Of a stretch of DNA of 64,000 nt, positions 1-13,348 are shown piece after piece; the first letter of the stretch is position 1, and the number at the start of each line of letters is the position of its first letter. Made by a program: the position numbers and the translations under genes. This DNA comes from Amoebidium appalachense (taxonomy: Eukaryota; Protista; Ichthyosporea), in the NCBI GenBank assembly GCA_963693365.1, contig CAVNZM010000008.1, forward strand, positions 6,396,830-6,460,829, written 5' to 3'. The notes beneath the pieces are model-generated. The model saw only the letters and a list, made by a program, of their open reading frames with translations. It was not told the origin of the DNA and did not search any database.

Positions 1-87
1 CCATACTGTAAAAGCAATCTGCGCTGCCGCTATGATACACAACCAAATTTACAGTACGTGATCATGATATACCGCTGAGGGGATATT

Positions 88-153
88 CCGAGCAAAAACC
101 GCCCATACCTGAGACTGGTCTCTCTTTGCCTCGAGTAAACAGCGTAAACCCCT
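88..153 (+). repeat. Short dispersed repeat (also 32492-32557 + and 26582-26620 -)
   Basis: Core CTGGTCTCT..TGCCTCGAGTAAACAGCGTAAAC is shared by three distant loci. Confidence 0.7.
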
Positions 154-435
154 AATAGTATAACTATACCTGAAGATATTTATGTACACACGCACATGTA
201 ACACGTCTCTGCCTGAGTGTGTGGATCCGTGTGCACACATATTAATATTCTAATCGATATTGCAACACACGATTAAAGCCGATATAACACGATTACAAGT
301 ATACAAGCATATCGGAGATTGATGCCACTCTTTTCGTACAAGGAGTGTAGCTATTACACTAAGTACATGAACTAAAACATAACATAAACTTAAAAGATCT
401 TACCTAATGTAGATACTACGTACTACAACAGCCGG

Positions 436-1130
436 TGTGGGCTGCCTGCTGGGGCTGCAGCCTGAGGCTGGTGCTGCTGGCTTGGTGGCTCCTGTTGGTG
501 CTGTCGGCTGGGTGGCCCGTGCTGGGCCGGCCGGCCGGGGCTGCAATCAGCTGCTGCGGCTGGGTGGCCCGTGCTGGGCCGGCCGGCCGGGGCTGCAATC
601 TGCTGCTGCAGGCAGCCGCTGCAGTGTGGATTTGGTCGGTTGCTGCTGGCTGGGTTACCCTGGCAGGGCATGCAGGCTGGGTGCCCCCTGCTGTGGCTGC
701 CTGCTGGGGCTGCAGCCTGAGGCTGCTGATGCTGGCTGGGTGGCTCCTGTTGGTGCTGTCGGCTGGGTGGCCCGTGCTGGGCCTGCCGGCCGGAGCTGCA
801 CGCCGCCGCTGCAGGCGGCTGCTGCAGTGTGGGTGTGGTCGGTTGTTGCTGGCTGGGTGGCCCTGGCAGGGCCTGCAGGCTGGGTGACCCCTCAGGCTGC
901 TGTGGCTGCCGTTGTGTGCTGTCTGCTGGGACTGCAGCCTGAAGCTGCTGCTGCCAGCTGGGTGGCTCCTGCTGGTGCTGTCGGCTGGGTGACCTGTGCT
1001 GGGCCTGCTGGCCGGGGCTACACTCCGCTACTGCAGGCAGCTGCTGCAGTGTGGGTGTGGTCGCTTGCTGCTGGCCGGGTGGCCCTGGCAGGGCCTGCAG
1101 GCTGGGTGCACGTACATAGCCCCTGCAGGC
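436..1130. repeat. GC-rich tandem repeat, ~3 units of ~200-255 bp with internal sub-repeats
   Basis: GCTGCAGTGTGG..GCTGGCTGGGTGGCCCTGGCAGGGCCTGCAGGCTGGGTG recurs near 618, 821 and 1043. Long ORFs on both strands, but unit lengths do not all preserve frame. Confidence 0.8.
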
Positions 1131-1147
1131 TGTGCCACATCCCGAGC

Positions 1148-1329
1148 GGATAGCGTCGTGTAAAAGAAGAGCATGAGTATAGCACGAATAAGCATGCCGA
1201 AACTCGCCCTGGATGTTGCTTAATCGAAATACATTGGATAGTGTCGTGTAAAAGAAGAGCATGAGTATAGCACGAATAAGCATGCCGAAACCCGCCCTGA
1301 TTGTTGCTTAATATTCGAAATACATCGGA
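1148..1329. repeat. 88-bp tandem duplication (2 copies)
   Basis: GGATAG(C/T)GTCGTGTAAAAGAAGAGCATGAGTATAGCACGAATAAGCATGCCGAAAC.. begins at 1148 and 1236. Confidence 0.9.
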
Positions 1330-1518
1330 AAAAAGCCTTCGGCTCTCCCCCCAAGCTGTTCAACTAGGGGGAGCAGTCCAACCGAGGGCGGAGGCCTGCA
1401 TCTGATTGGCTCTATAACAGAGCTTTTGCTTGACGGCAAGCGTTTTCTATTAGCCAATCATTTGTTGCTTTCAGGGCTAATTTTTATGTACTCTTTTGGC
1501 ACGGCTTTTTTCCTTTTG

Positions 1519-1706
<188 letters not shown>

Positions 1707-2598
1707 TAGCAATAGAAAGTTGTGCTGTCCAGGCTGAGAGCTCGCCCATGAGCGCTTGTTATGTGCCAGACTGAGCTAGCGAAAGGGACACCTGTGTCGC
1801 AACCTGTACATATACGTACTGAGTCAGTCTGAGTGACATTCATTTGTTGATCGGATTCCAATGCAACGGTTACAATAGCCTTTTTTGTGTTCAAACTGGC
1901 GCATTTTGATTGACCAAAGGCTTCGATGGTAATCATAATCACGGTGACGTGATTGGTAAATGTGACTCTACTCTTGAGACGCATGATTTATAGCCAATAC
2001 ACAAATGCCTTTGCAAACGGGACAAGTAGAGGAAAGGTGGTATTAGTGCATCGGGTAGCATGGGTAGACAAACAAATATCATTCAAATAAACAGTAAAAA
2101 ATTATTATTCTTGCTATCAAGTAGAGTAAAGATTCTTTTTGCAAAGCAAACTGTGCCCATGCATCCAACATCCGAAACGTGAGCCATTGTTTACATACCA
2201 GAGCGCTGCTGTGTCAACCAATCCAAAAGCGAAAATCAGGTTCCTGGAGGACGGCAATATCACGCTGTTTGCTTTTTTGGTTGTAAACAAAACATCAAAG
2301 CCGTCTTTGTGTTCAAATACAGCGATGTATAAGCATACGGGAACCAAAATTATGATAAGTGAAATAAGTAGAAAATTATTGTGCAATAGTGGCCTCCATG
2401 TCTTTTGACCAGGATGCAAATCTTGGATACCGAGTGCTGCGCTCTTCCCGCCTGAATACAGTTCCGGTGGCCAAATTACATGACAAATAATTCTACAAAA
2501 ATTAACATTTAAAACAACTAAAAGTAACTCTTGTTTAAAACAAAATGAAACCAATTAGAGAGATTTAATATCCTGAGCTCAGTTTTAGCATATGGTTT

Positions 2599-2627
2599 CA
2601 CGTGAGAATTCGAGCGCTCCAATCAGC
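2599..2627 (+). promoter_or_regulatory. Candidate promoter elements of the Mlx/Mondo gene: E-box CACGTG and CCAAT box
   Basis: TCACGTGA at 2598-2605 and CCAATCA at 2619, ~470 bp upstream of the ATG in repeat-free sequence. Short motifs, weak evidence. Confidence 0.3.
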
Positions 2628-3079
2628 TCTCGTTTGATAACAATTCGAGGCCGCCGTGTCACATACGCGCGCAGTTGTTCATTTTTGAGTGTTAGCGAAG
2701 TTGGGTCGTTTTTTTTCTTTTTGTGCTTTTTCGTCAGAGAACGTTGACATGTTCATGAAATTGTGTGCCGATCAAAACCTTACCCTCATGAGTTAGTATT
2801 AGAGTGTTTTTGGGTGTAGTTACGAGAACAAAACTTATGTCTATTCAGCCTGCTGTAGCGAACAACATCAAAGGGTTGGGCCTGTTGTGTCGTGCCCCTT
2901 TCCCTTAGGACTGGCAACAAGGGCTTCTCCTTTTCATGCTTTTGATCAACGCATTCGGACCACATCGTATGTTTAGAGTAACAGTTATCGCTATCATATT
3001 ATAACACTTATAGTATTTTCAGTGCCCATAGCGTTTGAAAGGCGCTGTGGATGCCAGCCACGAGCACATTTGCATTAGC

Positions 3080-5529
3080 ATGAATACTGGGCCGCAAGGA
3101 TTTGTGGCACCGACGGAAAAGGGACCACCTTTTTCTTCACAACCCCCCGCCAACCCCAGCGCTAGTTTTAACATGTCTCAAGCGGGTACAATAGCTCCCG
3201 GTGCCACGGCGGTAGCACCTGATGCAGACTTTACCAACCTGTTTGGTGACTCGCAAATGCAAATGGATTCAATCAATTTCCAAGCACAGGTGGACGCAAT
3301 AGCATTGCTATATGCGCAACACCAACAACAGCAGCTTTTGTTGCAACAGCAGCTTCAACAACAACAACTTTCACAGTTGCAAGCACAGACACATGGGCAA
3401 ATGCCCACACAGGTTGGCCAGCCACCCACAATCCCACAGAACCTAAACATGCCTTTTGTGTTTCAAACACCCATGCACACACCCGTTACCATAAAACAAG
3501 AACAGCAGTTCCAACCACACTTTTCCGTTGCTTCAAACGCATCCACACAACAAACTTCCACGGCAGGAAGTCAGATGCCGATCCCACCGTCTTTCACACC
3601 TGGAAGCCAACCACCTAGGAGATTACAGCCGCTTAAGCCAAACACGGAACAAAAGAAACCACCCCAGGGTCCCCCCGGTGTTCCTCCTCCCCCTCCCACC
3701 CAGACGTTAGGTGCCCCACCACAGCTTGCTCAGGGCCCTACCCTTCAGCAACAAGCATCATTGCAAAGAGCACAGCAGATGGACCTATTAGCACTGCAAC
3801 AGGAGGCACAGAGGCTGTTGAGTTCGTTCCCACAGCAGGCAATGCCCATGCAAATGGGGGGACAGTTTAACCCACAGCAAGGTAAAAGTGCAGTCTTGGT
3901 TGGAGAATGTGGCGTGGTTGGGTTTGGCTCGACTATGCAGGTTCTGGAAGCCCTTTTGGAGCTCATTGGAGCTTTAGAGATTGATGTTATTTCGCGCAGG
4001 GATGTAACTGCCATCGTGACTAAGTTAAACCTGTTCACATGGTCTGGTGAACGTGGCTAAGTTGATGTCTGGGTTTTTTTTTTCTTTCTTTTTTTTTTTT
4101 TTTTTTTTTTGGCATTTCGAGGTGTAGGTGGCAGCCAGAGTCTCAGATGATTTTTATTTTACTTGTGTCAACAGTTGCTTGTTTGTTTCAACACTGAGTT
4201 CTTTGCTGTTTTTGAAGGTTGGTGGGATAGCCCGCGCTGTGGCTGTGTTGCTGGCACTTTTTTGTAGAGTTGTGTTTTTTCCTTTTTTTTTTTTTTTTTT
4301 TGGGGGGGGGGGGGATGGGGGGGGGGGGGGCAGGGTCTCGTTCTCTCAGATGCCGTTTTGGAAAAAAACCATACTTCTATTTGCATCTTTGGTTGTTTTC
4401 TTCTGGTGTTTTACACATCTCTACCATTTTGGGCTTTCAAGGATACCAACACTTTGCTTTTTTTTGCAGGGGCTGCAGGGTTTCCAAACACACACAGGCC
4501 ATTCTTGACCCTCCATCAGCAGCAGCAGATGGCCATGAGGTTGAGCCCGGGTAGCATGTCCGTGTCATCGATGAACGACGACTTGAGGTATGCACGTGTG
4601 TGTGTGTGTTTATCTGTGTGTGTGTGTGTAGAGATGTATACTGTGTGCGTACGCCCGCGCGTGTGCGATTGTGTATGTGCGCATGCTGTTGTGTGACTTT
4701 CTCTCTCTGTGTGTGTGTGAGCATGTGTTGTGTGTGTTCGTGTGTGCGTGCGCGCACCTGCGAATGTGTGCGTGTAGCTGTGCGTGTCTCTATTTAGGTG
4801 TGTGGGCTAATGTATGTATGCCATGCACGTGTGTGGATGCACGGAGCATGCATTCGCCAGCTTTTTCGCGGAACTTTGGGCATTCATGGTGGTGTGGATA
4901 TGCTTGTTCGCTGGCCTTGATTTTGCACGAGTTTGCAGCCATGAAGGGGGTGTGTGTGTGTGTGTGTGTGTTGCAAACATGAACTTTCTCCGTTTGCATG
5001 TGTGCAAGGGTGCAAGTGGGTGTCTGCTTGTTGGTTGCATGGGTTTCTGGTATGCATAAAGGGTTTTTCAACGCCGATTCACATTCACGAGCTCCCTTAA
5101 ATAGTCGAAAACACTTCGCACGTACAAACACAAGCACACACGGGCGGACAAGGGGAACATAAACCAGCACACATGCCCACAGGCACGCCAAAGTTTACTT
5201 TTTTTTGTTAGCTGTGATAACAACCCGAAAATCTTTCGTTAGCTGTGATAACAACCCGGGTATTTTTTCTTTTTCAATATTTTAATTTTTTTGCTCTGCG
5301 AACGCCAATAATGTTGGATAGATGCAAGTACCACATGCTACACACACACACAGGGGCTGAGCGGGGAGAGGGGGGGGGGGGGGGGGGGGGGGGGGGGATA
5401 ATTACAGAAATCAAAAATTTAGAGGCCGGCAATTGATCAGAAAGGGTAGTAATTTTGTAAGTGGCTGATCTTTTCACTATCGAATAGGTCCATTGCAGTT
5501 TGATAGAAATTCCTTTCGCCTACCCATAC

Positions 5530-5574
<45 letters not shown>

Positions 5575-6200
5575 AAAAAAAAAAAAAAACGGGGGGGGGG
5601 GGGGGGGGGAGGGGGGGGGGGAAGGCAAAAGAAAAAAGTAACTACCAACACGGCGCATAGGTATGCTTATGCACCCACACACATCATAGCACCAACACCA
5701 AGCACATTCCCAAACCTTGTATTTACACTACAAACACTATGGTGAACATATCTGCCTGTTTGGAAATATTTGCACGTATGTGTGTGTGTGTGTGTGTGTG
5801 TGTCTGTGTGTGTGTGTGTCTGTGTGTGTATCGACCAACTGCCTCGAATGTTCATGTGAACCAGCACATTTTCTTTTTATAGACCTTTTTTCAGTTGCCA
5901 CAGTGAAATCACATTCCGAAGAACACCACTTTCTCTCTCTCTCTTCTGTTTCTGACACATTTTCTTCTTCCTTTTCCATTCCACCAAGCAGTAGTGGTGG
6001 ATCTTCGCCGCCCGCCGATCTCGGTGAGGTGCGTCGCAGTGCTCACATCCTAGCAGAGCAGAAGAGACGCAACAACATCAAGCAGGGCTTTGAGGAGCTG
6101 CAAGCCATCATCCCCGCATGCAAGAGCGGGCCTACAAAGGTCTCTAAGGCTACCATCCTGCAAAAGGTACGCAAACAATAATCTCCCTTACTTTACCCCC

Positions 6201-6231
<31 letters not shown>

Positions 6232-6253
6232 AAAAAGAAAAAAAGGAAAAAAA

Positions 6254-6293
<40 letters not shown>

Positions 6294-6471
6294 TGTGTGT
6301 GTGTGTGTGTGTGCAGGCTATGATGGTTACGATCACCTACTTAGTCCGCCTGTTCCACTTTCCCAGATTCCGCCCTACTTTGTGCAAAAAGTAAATGGGT
6401 TAAGTGTAGCATATTTATTTTTCTCTTCTGGTCTTCGGGTCGGTTTAGTTTGCCCGCCGCCCAATGCATCA

Positions 6472-6511
<40 letters not shown>

Positions 6512-6854
6512 AGCGCAACAACCCAGTCAAAAAATACAAGACTTAAAAACGTTGCAGGGGCAACAGAATGGACGTGAAATGCAGTTTTCATTGGCATCTG
6601 TGTGTGTGTGTGTGTGTGTGTGTGTCACTGGCAGATCGTTTGTATATTTGGGCGCCCCGGGGGGGGGGGGGGGGGGGGAGGGGGGAGGGGGGGATTGTGC
6701 TTAAGATAGGAGATAGCCTGACTCCCCCACCTGAGGATGGGCTCTGATTATGATGCATACGCTTTGTGTGCTTTGCAATGTGTCGTGTTGCCCGCCATAA
6801 ATGTGCTTCGTTCCCTGTAACACATTCTAACCCCCCCCCCCCCCCCCCCCCCAA

Positions 6855-6901
<47 letters not shown>

Positions 6902-7752
6902 CAGGCGATCGACTACATCACGTACATCCTCAAGGAGAAGACCACCCTCTTAGAGGAGGTGCAGAAGCTTCGTCAGGAGGTGCAGCAGTTGCGCATGATC
7001 ATAGCAGAGTACCAGAGGAACGAGCTGGAGATCAAGGCCAGGCGATTGGCTGACCTGACCCAACAGCAGGACGGCAAGCCTTTTGACCCTGCGGACCTGG
7101 ATAGGTTTGGCAAGGAGAGCATCAAGTTCATGGTGGTATGGCAAAAAAAAAAAAAAACATAACTAACGGGAAAAACAAAAAGAAACCGGGAAAAGACAAG
7201 GGGGGAAAGGGGGCGAAAGAGAGAGACGAGGAGGACTGCGGGAGGGGGGGGGGATTGTAAAGATGTGTGGTGTGCACAGAAAATAGAGGAGGAAGAGAGG
7301 GGGGGGGGGGGGGGGGGGGGCACGTGTTTTGCGTAGGGTTATCTTCTAGTGTCTCTGTGATGTGGGATTTTTCATTGGGCATCTGTCTTCCCCCGCTCCC
7401 CTTCTTGATTTGGCTTTCAGTCTTCCTGTTCCTTTGGGGCCTTTGCGTGTTTGCTTGTTTGAATAGTGACAGTCAAAAGCAGCGAGACTGCTTCCCATTT
7501 GTAACAAAAAGAACTAGTATGATTTCCGCGTTTGGTTAGGCACAATAACTAATTATATCTTGAATAGCTTTTAGTGATTACTGGAAAACCAATACTTACA
7601 TGCCCCCCCCCCCCCCCCCCCCTCTTTCCCCCCCCAACACACACACACAGAGAGAGAGAGACACACACACACACACACACACACACACCTCCCCTTCAAA
7701 GCGTGCACATTCTGAACACACAGGCGCGCGCGCACACACACACACACACACA

Positions 7753-7820
<68 letters not shown>

Positions 7821-8282
7821 ACACACACACACACACACACTCTCTGAAACACCACGCGCACACACATACACGTATACCCATACAGTTCTGCACGGTGGTA
7901 GACAAGCTTTTCGAGACGTTCAACGCAGTTGTTTCATTGGACGACAGCGAGACCTTCTCCACATCCCTCCTGCAGTGGTTTGAGCAGTATTGCTGCCCGG
8001 AGGCTCTGAGGGAAACATTCCTGACGTCACTGCAAAGTCTTAGTTCGTGCGTGCTGTCAGAAGAGTCGGCACAGAAGGTGAGGGATGGTGGGTAGGTGGG
8101 GGAGGGGAGGTGGGGGTGGTGCGGGTCAGTGTTGAGGGGACGGGGGAGGGAGGGGAGATTGGGTTGGTGACTTGGGGCCCGGGGGTGTGTGGGGGGGGGG
8201 AGGGGCTTGTTTGTTTGTGTGTGTGTGTGTGTGCTCTTTGTGTTGTGTGGCTGTGTGGTTGGTGATTTGATTGTCCCCCCCC

Positions 8283-8314
<32 letters not shown>

Positions 8315-8349
8315 TTGGAACCTCAATTCTCTGAAGCTGGTGTTGGTTT

Positions 8350-8380
<31 letters not shown>

Positions 8381-8518
8381 GGGGTTTGCCCTCCCTCCCC
8401 ATTTACCCGTCTTTCCTCCCTATTGTGTATGTGTGTGTGTCTGTGGCGCGCGTGCGTGTGTGCGTGCCTGTGCTGGTGGTGGTCTGTGTGTGAGTACTTT
8501 TTTTTTATTTTTTTTTGT

Positions 8519-8562
<44 letters not shown>

Positions 8563-8839
8563 AACTTTGTGCAGTGCTTTGGGCACCTATCGTTATCAGA
8601 TAGACTGACAAGCCCTTTCTTTCCTTCAGCTGCGAAGATGGGGCACGGCACTGTCGGCCGTCAAGGACAGCATGGTGACCACCCTAGACAACAGCGGTGT
8701 GCCCCTGGCCAAGCAACTGAGCAGCACAATAGACACCGTGTCGGGCTACCTCGGTGCATCAGAGTCCCCTAAGCCAATACCCCAGCCACCACAGCAACAA
8801 GGCATGCAGCAGATTCAGGCTCAGACTGTGCAGGAATGA
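3080..8839 (+). CDS. Mlx/Mondo-family bHLH-ZIP transcription factor with C-terminal DCD-like domain and Q/P-rich N-terminus (~575 aa, 6 exons)
   Basis: Exons 3080-3881, 4470-4587, 5992-6166, 6905-7135, 7886-8077, 8630-8839 join by GT-AG introns in consistent phase. bHLH RRSAHILAEQKRRNNIKQGFEELQAIIPAC...KVSKATILQKAIDYI, zipper LLEEVQKLRQEVQQL, then KFMVFCTVVDKLFETFNAVVS...QWFEQYCCPEALRETFLTSLQSL, resembling the DCD shared by MLX and MondoA/ChREBP. Orthology to MLX vs MLXIP unresolved, so no symbol. Confidence 0.9.
6730..6830 (+). mobile_element. Diverged 3' fragment of the poly(C)-anchored repeat
   Basis: CCTGAGGATGGGCTCTGATTATGATGCATAC...CACATTCTAA then C-run; Mlx/Mondo intron 3, sense. Confidence 0.75.
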
Positions 8840-9399
8840 TTAAATTAGAGTGAGGTTGCGGTGGTGAAAGAAACGCCGGGAAACGCCCAGGAGGAGGGGG
8901 TTGTTAAAGAGATGCTGCGCGAGCGTCTAAGGAACGGGAGGGAATATGAAGGGATGTGGTGGTGGTGGTGGTGTTTGAATGTAGGATCGTGGTGGTGGGT
9001 GAATGGGGTGGGTGTTGGCGAATGCGCGAAATCTGTAGACGTGAGGTGGGTGCTTGTATGTTGAGTATGTACATGCATGCGTAAGTAATACTGTGTATGT
9101 ACGGCAGGTTTTGCTGTCTTGTTCTTGTTTTGCCGTTTATTGTCGTTTTTCTTACCTCTTTTTCACTTCTTCCTTATTCGAGTGTGCTCCTTGCAGTCTA
9201 TGGATTAATAGCATTGCACACGAATATACCCCTATGCACGTGCACGTATTGGAGGTGGTTCTTTGATGCATGGAAGCGTCATTTGGGGAAAATGTCGTGG
9301 GCAAACATTATACAACTGCTCCTTGCTTTGTAGCACTATTGGTTGTTTGTAAAATTTAGGTGTATGTTTTCATGACAAAAGTTTCAATTTTTATTATTA

Positions 9400-9435
<36 letters not shown>

Positions 9436-10552
9436 GAGAATTTAACAGCTATATCGTGATTTTATCATCAAAACGCGCGCAATTTTTAACACGGCCATGC
9501 ACCCACACGCGAACACACACATGCACATAGGCAAATTGCGTGATTTGCGCGCTGTAAATTTGTGATGTCTGTAGCGGAAATTTTGTCTTGATCGATTTTG
9601 CTCCTTGTGTTTGTAAGCCACACGAAAGAGAAACACTGCTGAAGTTAGAGACATGGTTTTTTTTTGGATTTGTGTGCTCCGGTAGAGTCACAATTCACAT
9701 GTTTCAATCATCAGCAATATTAAGTGGGCACAGGGTTTCTCTGTAATTAGTTTCCGTATTTTTGCCAAGGATTGTGTTTTTACTACCCTGTATATCCCAA
9801 TATGTAAAATAGCAACCTCGGCCACGAAAAACATTGAAATATGTGGGTGCCTGGTGCACCTACATTCATGTCGCAAAGTCATTCAAATGGATTATTGCCT
9901 GCACAGTGGCTCTACTCTAGATCTATTGGCATGATACAGACTGCTTCTGTTGTTGACGTAATCTGATGTGCAAGTTATTAGCAAAGCCTTACGGTAGACA
10001 CGAGTACAGATTGCAGGGTGCAATGTATCTCGAGTGCAAAAAAAAAAAGTGTTTATAAACAATTAAAAAAGTCGGAATACAATTATGTGTGAACCAATAA
10101 TTCTCGCGCGATCTCACGATTGGCTAAATGTAGAAATTTCGGCGGGGTGTTTTTGCGCACCAAAAAAAGAGTTTTTATAAAACTAAAAAAAAGTAGGAAT
10201 AATGCATACATGATGCATCGATACACATGTTGGGCGGTGACACCCACACAGACTGAGTCAGGCTTGGATCCGCCACTAGTTCATAAGCGTTTTTTATTCG
10301 TGAAATATCAAGTATATGTATTCGTGTAAACTTTGAAGCCACTAGCAAGCGGGTCGAAATCGTTACTACATAGTTGTAGGACATGTAGTCCCAACCACCC
10401 ACCCACATATGTACTCCTGCACACACGCAAGTGCACGACTCCGCGGACACATGTACATCGAATTCATCGGAGTCATATGCACATGCACGCGTACGCACAC
10501 AACATTGGTCGTGTGCATTCACAGTGCCACGCGTGCACGCACAAACACACAT

Positions 10553-10624
<72 letters not shown>

Positions 10625-10625
10625 T

Positions 10626-10686
<61 letters not shown>

Positions 10687-11033
10687 GACATGGCCGTTAA
10701 TGCTAGGCTTTGGATGTTTACATGTGCACGTACTAAGCGTGCAAATATCATCCTCGACTAAATATGTAATTACAACTTTTCAACAAGTGCACATGTGCAC
10801 AGTAGCCGGGCATACATGTAACTTGTGCATCCGGGACACCGTGACACATATGTGGGGAGGTTATCATGCGACGTGTGCTACATGTGCACACCCCATTTTG
10901 ACACGTCGAGCGCGGAGAGGCATGCATGTGTGGATGTGGGTGTACACGGTATGTCTGAAAAACCTAACGTGTAGAAATACATGTGTCTATACCTCCTGTT
11001 ACATAAGCAATCCGTCCGGGACCCCACCGCTCC

Positions 11034-11116
<83 letters not shown>

Positions 11117-11939
11117 ACCCCACAATTCCTTCCAATATTACCTCACACATTGCACATTCGCATTCATGGTACTGATTACATTCCAAATGTCACGCTGTCA
11201 CGTGCAATGTGGAAAATTTATGTTGGCATCGCAGCCTGGAACACACACACCGGCAACACCTATTTGTACATATGCATGCCGTGCCAAACGTAAACACGCA
11301 GGTCAAGTATGTAGCAGGCCTTACTAATGGAGCACATGAGTATGTATCTTTGAGGACATCATTGACACGGACACACTGCTTCACATACATGTGCATGAAC
11401 ACACATGGATTATAACCACGGTAACTCGCGAAAGCAACTTATCCTACTACGGAGCTGTTGTGGAAAGGAAAACCGGCACCTAGATGGAGCCTACGCGGTG
11501 GAGTTTGGGCAAGAGACCGGGAAAGGGGGGGGGGGGGGGGGGGGGGGGGTCTTAGCCACACTCTTTCGCGAACGGCAGACTAGAAGATCGCGACGAAACA
11601 AGCCGTGCTGGTATTTATGGTCTTTATCACGTATGGTGCAAGTGATGCATGTTTCAGAAATAGCCACTACAATAATTATGGTGAACAGATGCCACTGGTT
11701 TATTCATGTATTTTCCAATGAGGCTATCGTATTGACCAATCAATTATCACATGCAGAATTCCCGGTTTTCATGCAGGATTTGTTTAATCATCGCCAAGTC
11801 TGAACCCCTCCTGTGGCCGTTACGGCAGTTCACACATGGTGCAAACATGTACAGCTGACTCCTCTCAATCTGTTTAACGAAATCTTCCCCTCACACCACC
11901 GTGCCTCTGCCCGTATCTTAATGTTTCACCTGGGGGAAA

Positions 11940-11973
<34 letters not shown>

Positions 11974-12050
11974 GTCGAGGAGGACAGCATGCCTGACGTG
12001 CACGGGGGGGGATTGGGAGGGGGTTGGGATGGGTGGGGTGGTAAGGGGTG

Positions 12051-12085
<35 letters not shown>

Positions 12086-13315
12086 GGGGTACAATATCAA
12101 TGCTTCCGAATTGTTGCACGGATTTATCCGATTTCAGAATCACGGAAGTTCATTTAAACCTCTCTCTCTTCTGCCTTCTCTCCCCCGGCCAACCCCCCCC
12201 CCCCCCCCCCCCCCTCCCCCCCCCCTCCAAACCCCCCTCCGCCCCCACACTCCTTCCCGTACACAAAAAATTCAAAACATACACACCCACCGCACCGTTC
12301 CCCTCTAACTCTGTCTCATTTAGCTTCATTTTAGTGAAGCCCAATGGCATATGGTTTTTTCAAATTCGAGCCTGATGGTCACGTTTAACAATTGCAAGTA
12401 CAACCACCTTTGTTACTGAAAACATCAACAGGCACTCAGTTTTTGCTGTACTAAAAGAGGGCGCTCAGAATATGTTTGCTGTGCTTACCTTACATGTAGC
12501 TTAAAGGCTGTTGCTGATGCAAAACCGGATGACTGATATTTGTGGCTGTCAGAGTGGGTCACAGAAGTGTAACGGTTGCCTTAAAACGCTTCCACAAAGC
12601 TGCAAGAACGGTTAGGGTAGATAGGGTAGAGGGAAAAAGTGATCATCTGAGAACTTCGGGGGGGGGGGGGGGGGGGGGGGGGGGGCAAACACTATCTTCT
12701 GATGTTGGTTGCCCCAGAGTCTCGCTCCACAACCACCTCAGTGACCCACACACTGTGACTCTGCGCCCGCCTGTAGCAACTATGTTGGCTTCCGCATTTC
12801 TTGATTGCGCACGTGCATCATACACATATCAAATGCCTAATTTAGGGATACTGCCGTGTATGGGCTTCCAGGCTGCACTTTTGGGCACCTGTGTTTGCCG
12901 ATTGATAAAGTTTTTGCTGACAATATAGTATACCGCAAAGCCAAGTCATATTCTTGAGTCATGCCGATAAACACAAACTAAGATCTACTAAGCCAGCATG
13001 CGCATTTCGTGAGCAAACATCAACATGACATATTAAGCGTGTGATCCGGTTATGACGGCTGGAAATAATCGAAATCAACAAAGTACTCTTTTTGCCTGCA
13101 TATGGCGCAATGCCCATTTTTAGACATACACACGGATTGCCACGTAGAGGAATCACGAATCAGGACCTCGTCGAAATGCAGATGTATTCTCAAATTTCCT
13201 CCTCCTTCAAGCTTTTGCATTGCATTTTTTCCAAACGAGGCTCAAGCGGGCAACATGGCATGCACTCCAGATTTGCCACCACTATTCCCCTCGTCCCCCA
13301 TCATCTCCCCCTCCT

Positions 13316-13348
<33 letters not shown>

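Noticed and set aside
423-1283. 286-aa Q/P-rich ORF as a gene
   Set aside because: Openness is explained by GC-rich repeats, the peptide repeat changes frame in the third unit, and the start lies in the 88-bp duplication.
2117-2554. 145-aa minus-strand ORF, and 1484-1984
   Set aside because: No recognisable motif, non-ATG start for the former, and no consistent exon chain.
6286-6296. CACGTG E-boxes within introns
   Set aside because: Produced automatically at (CA)n/(TG)n junctions.
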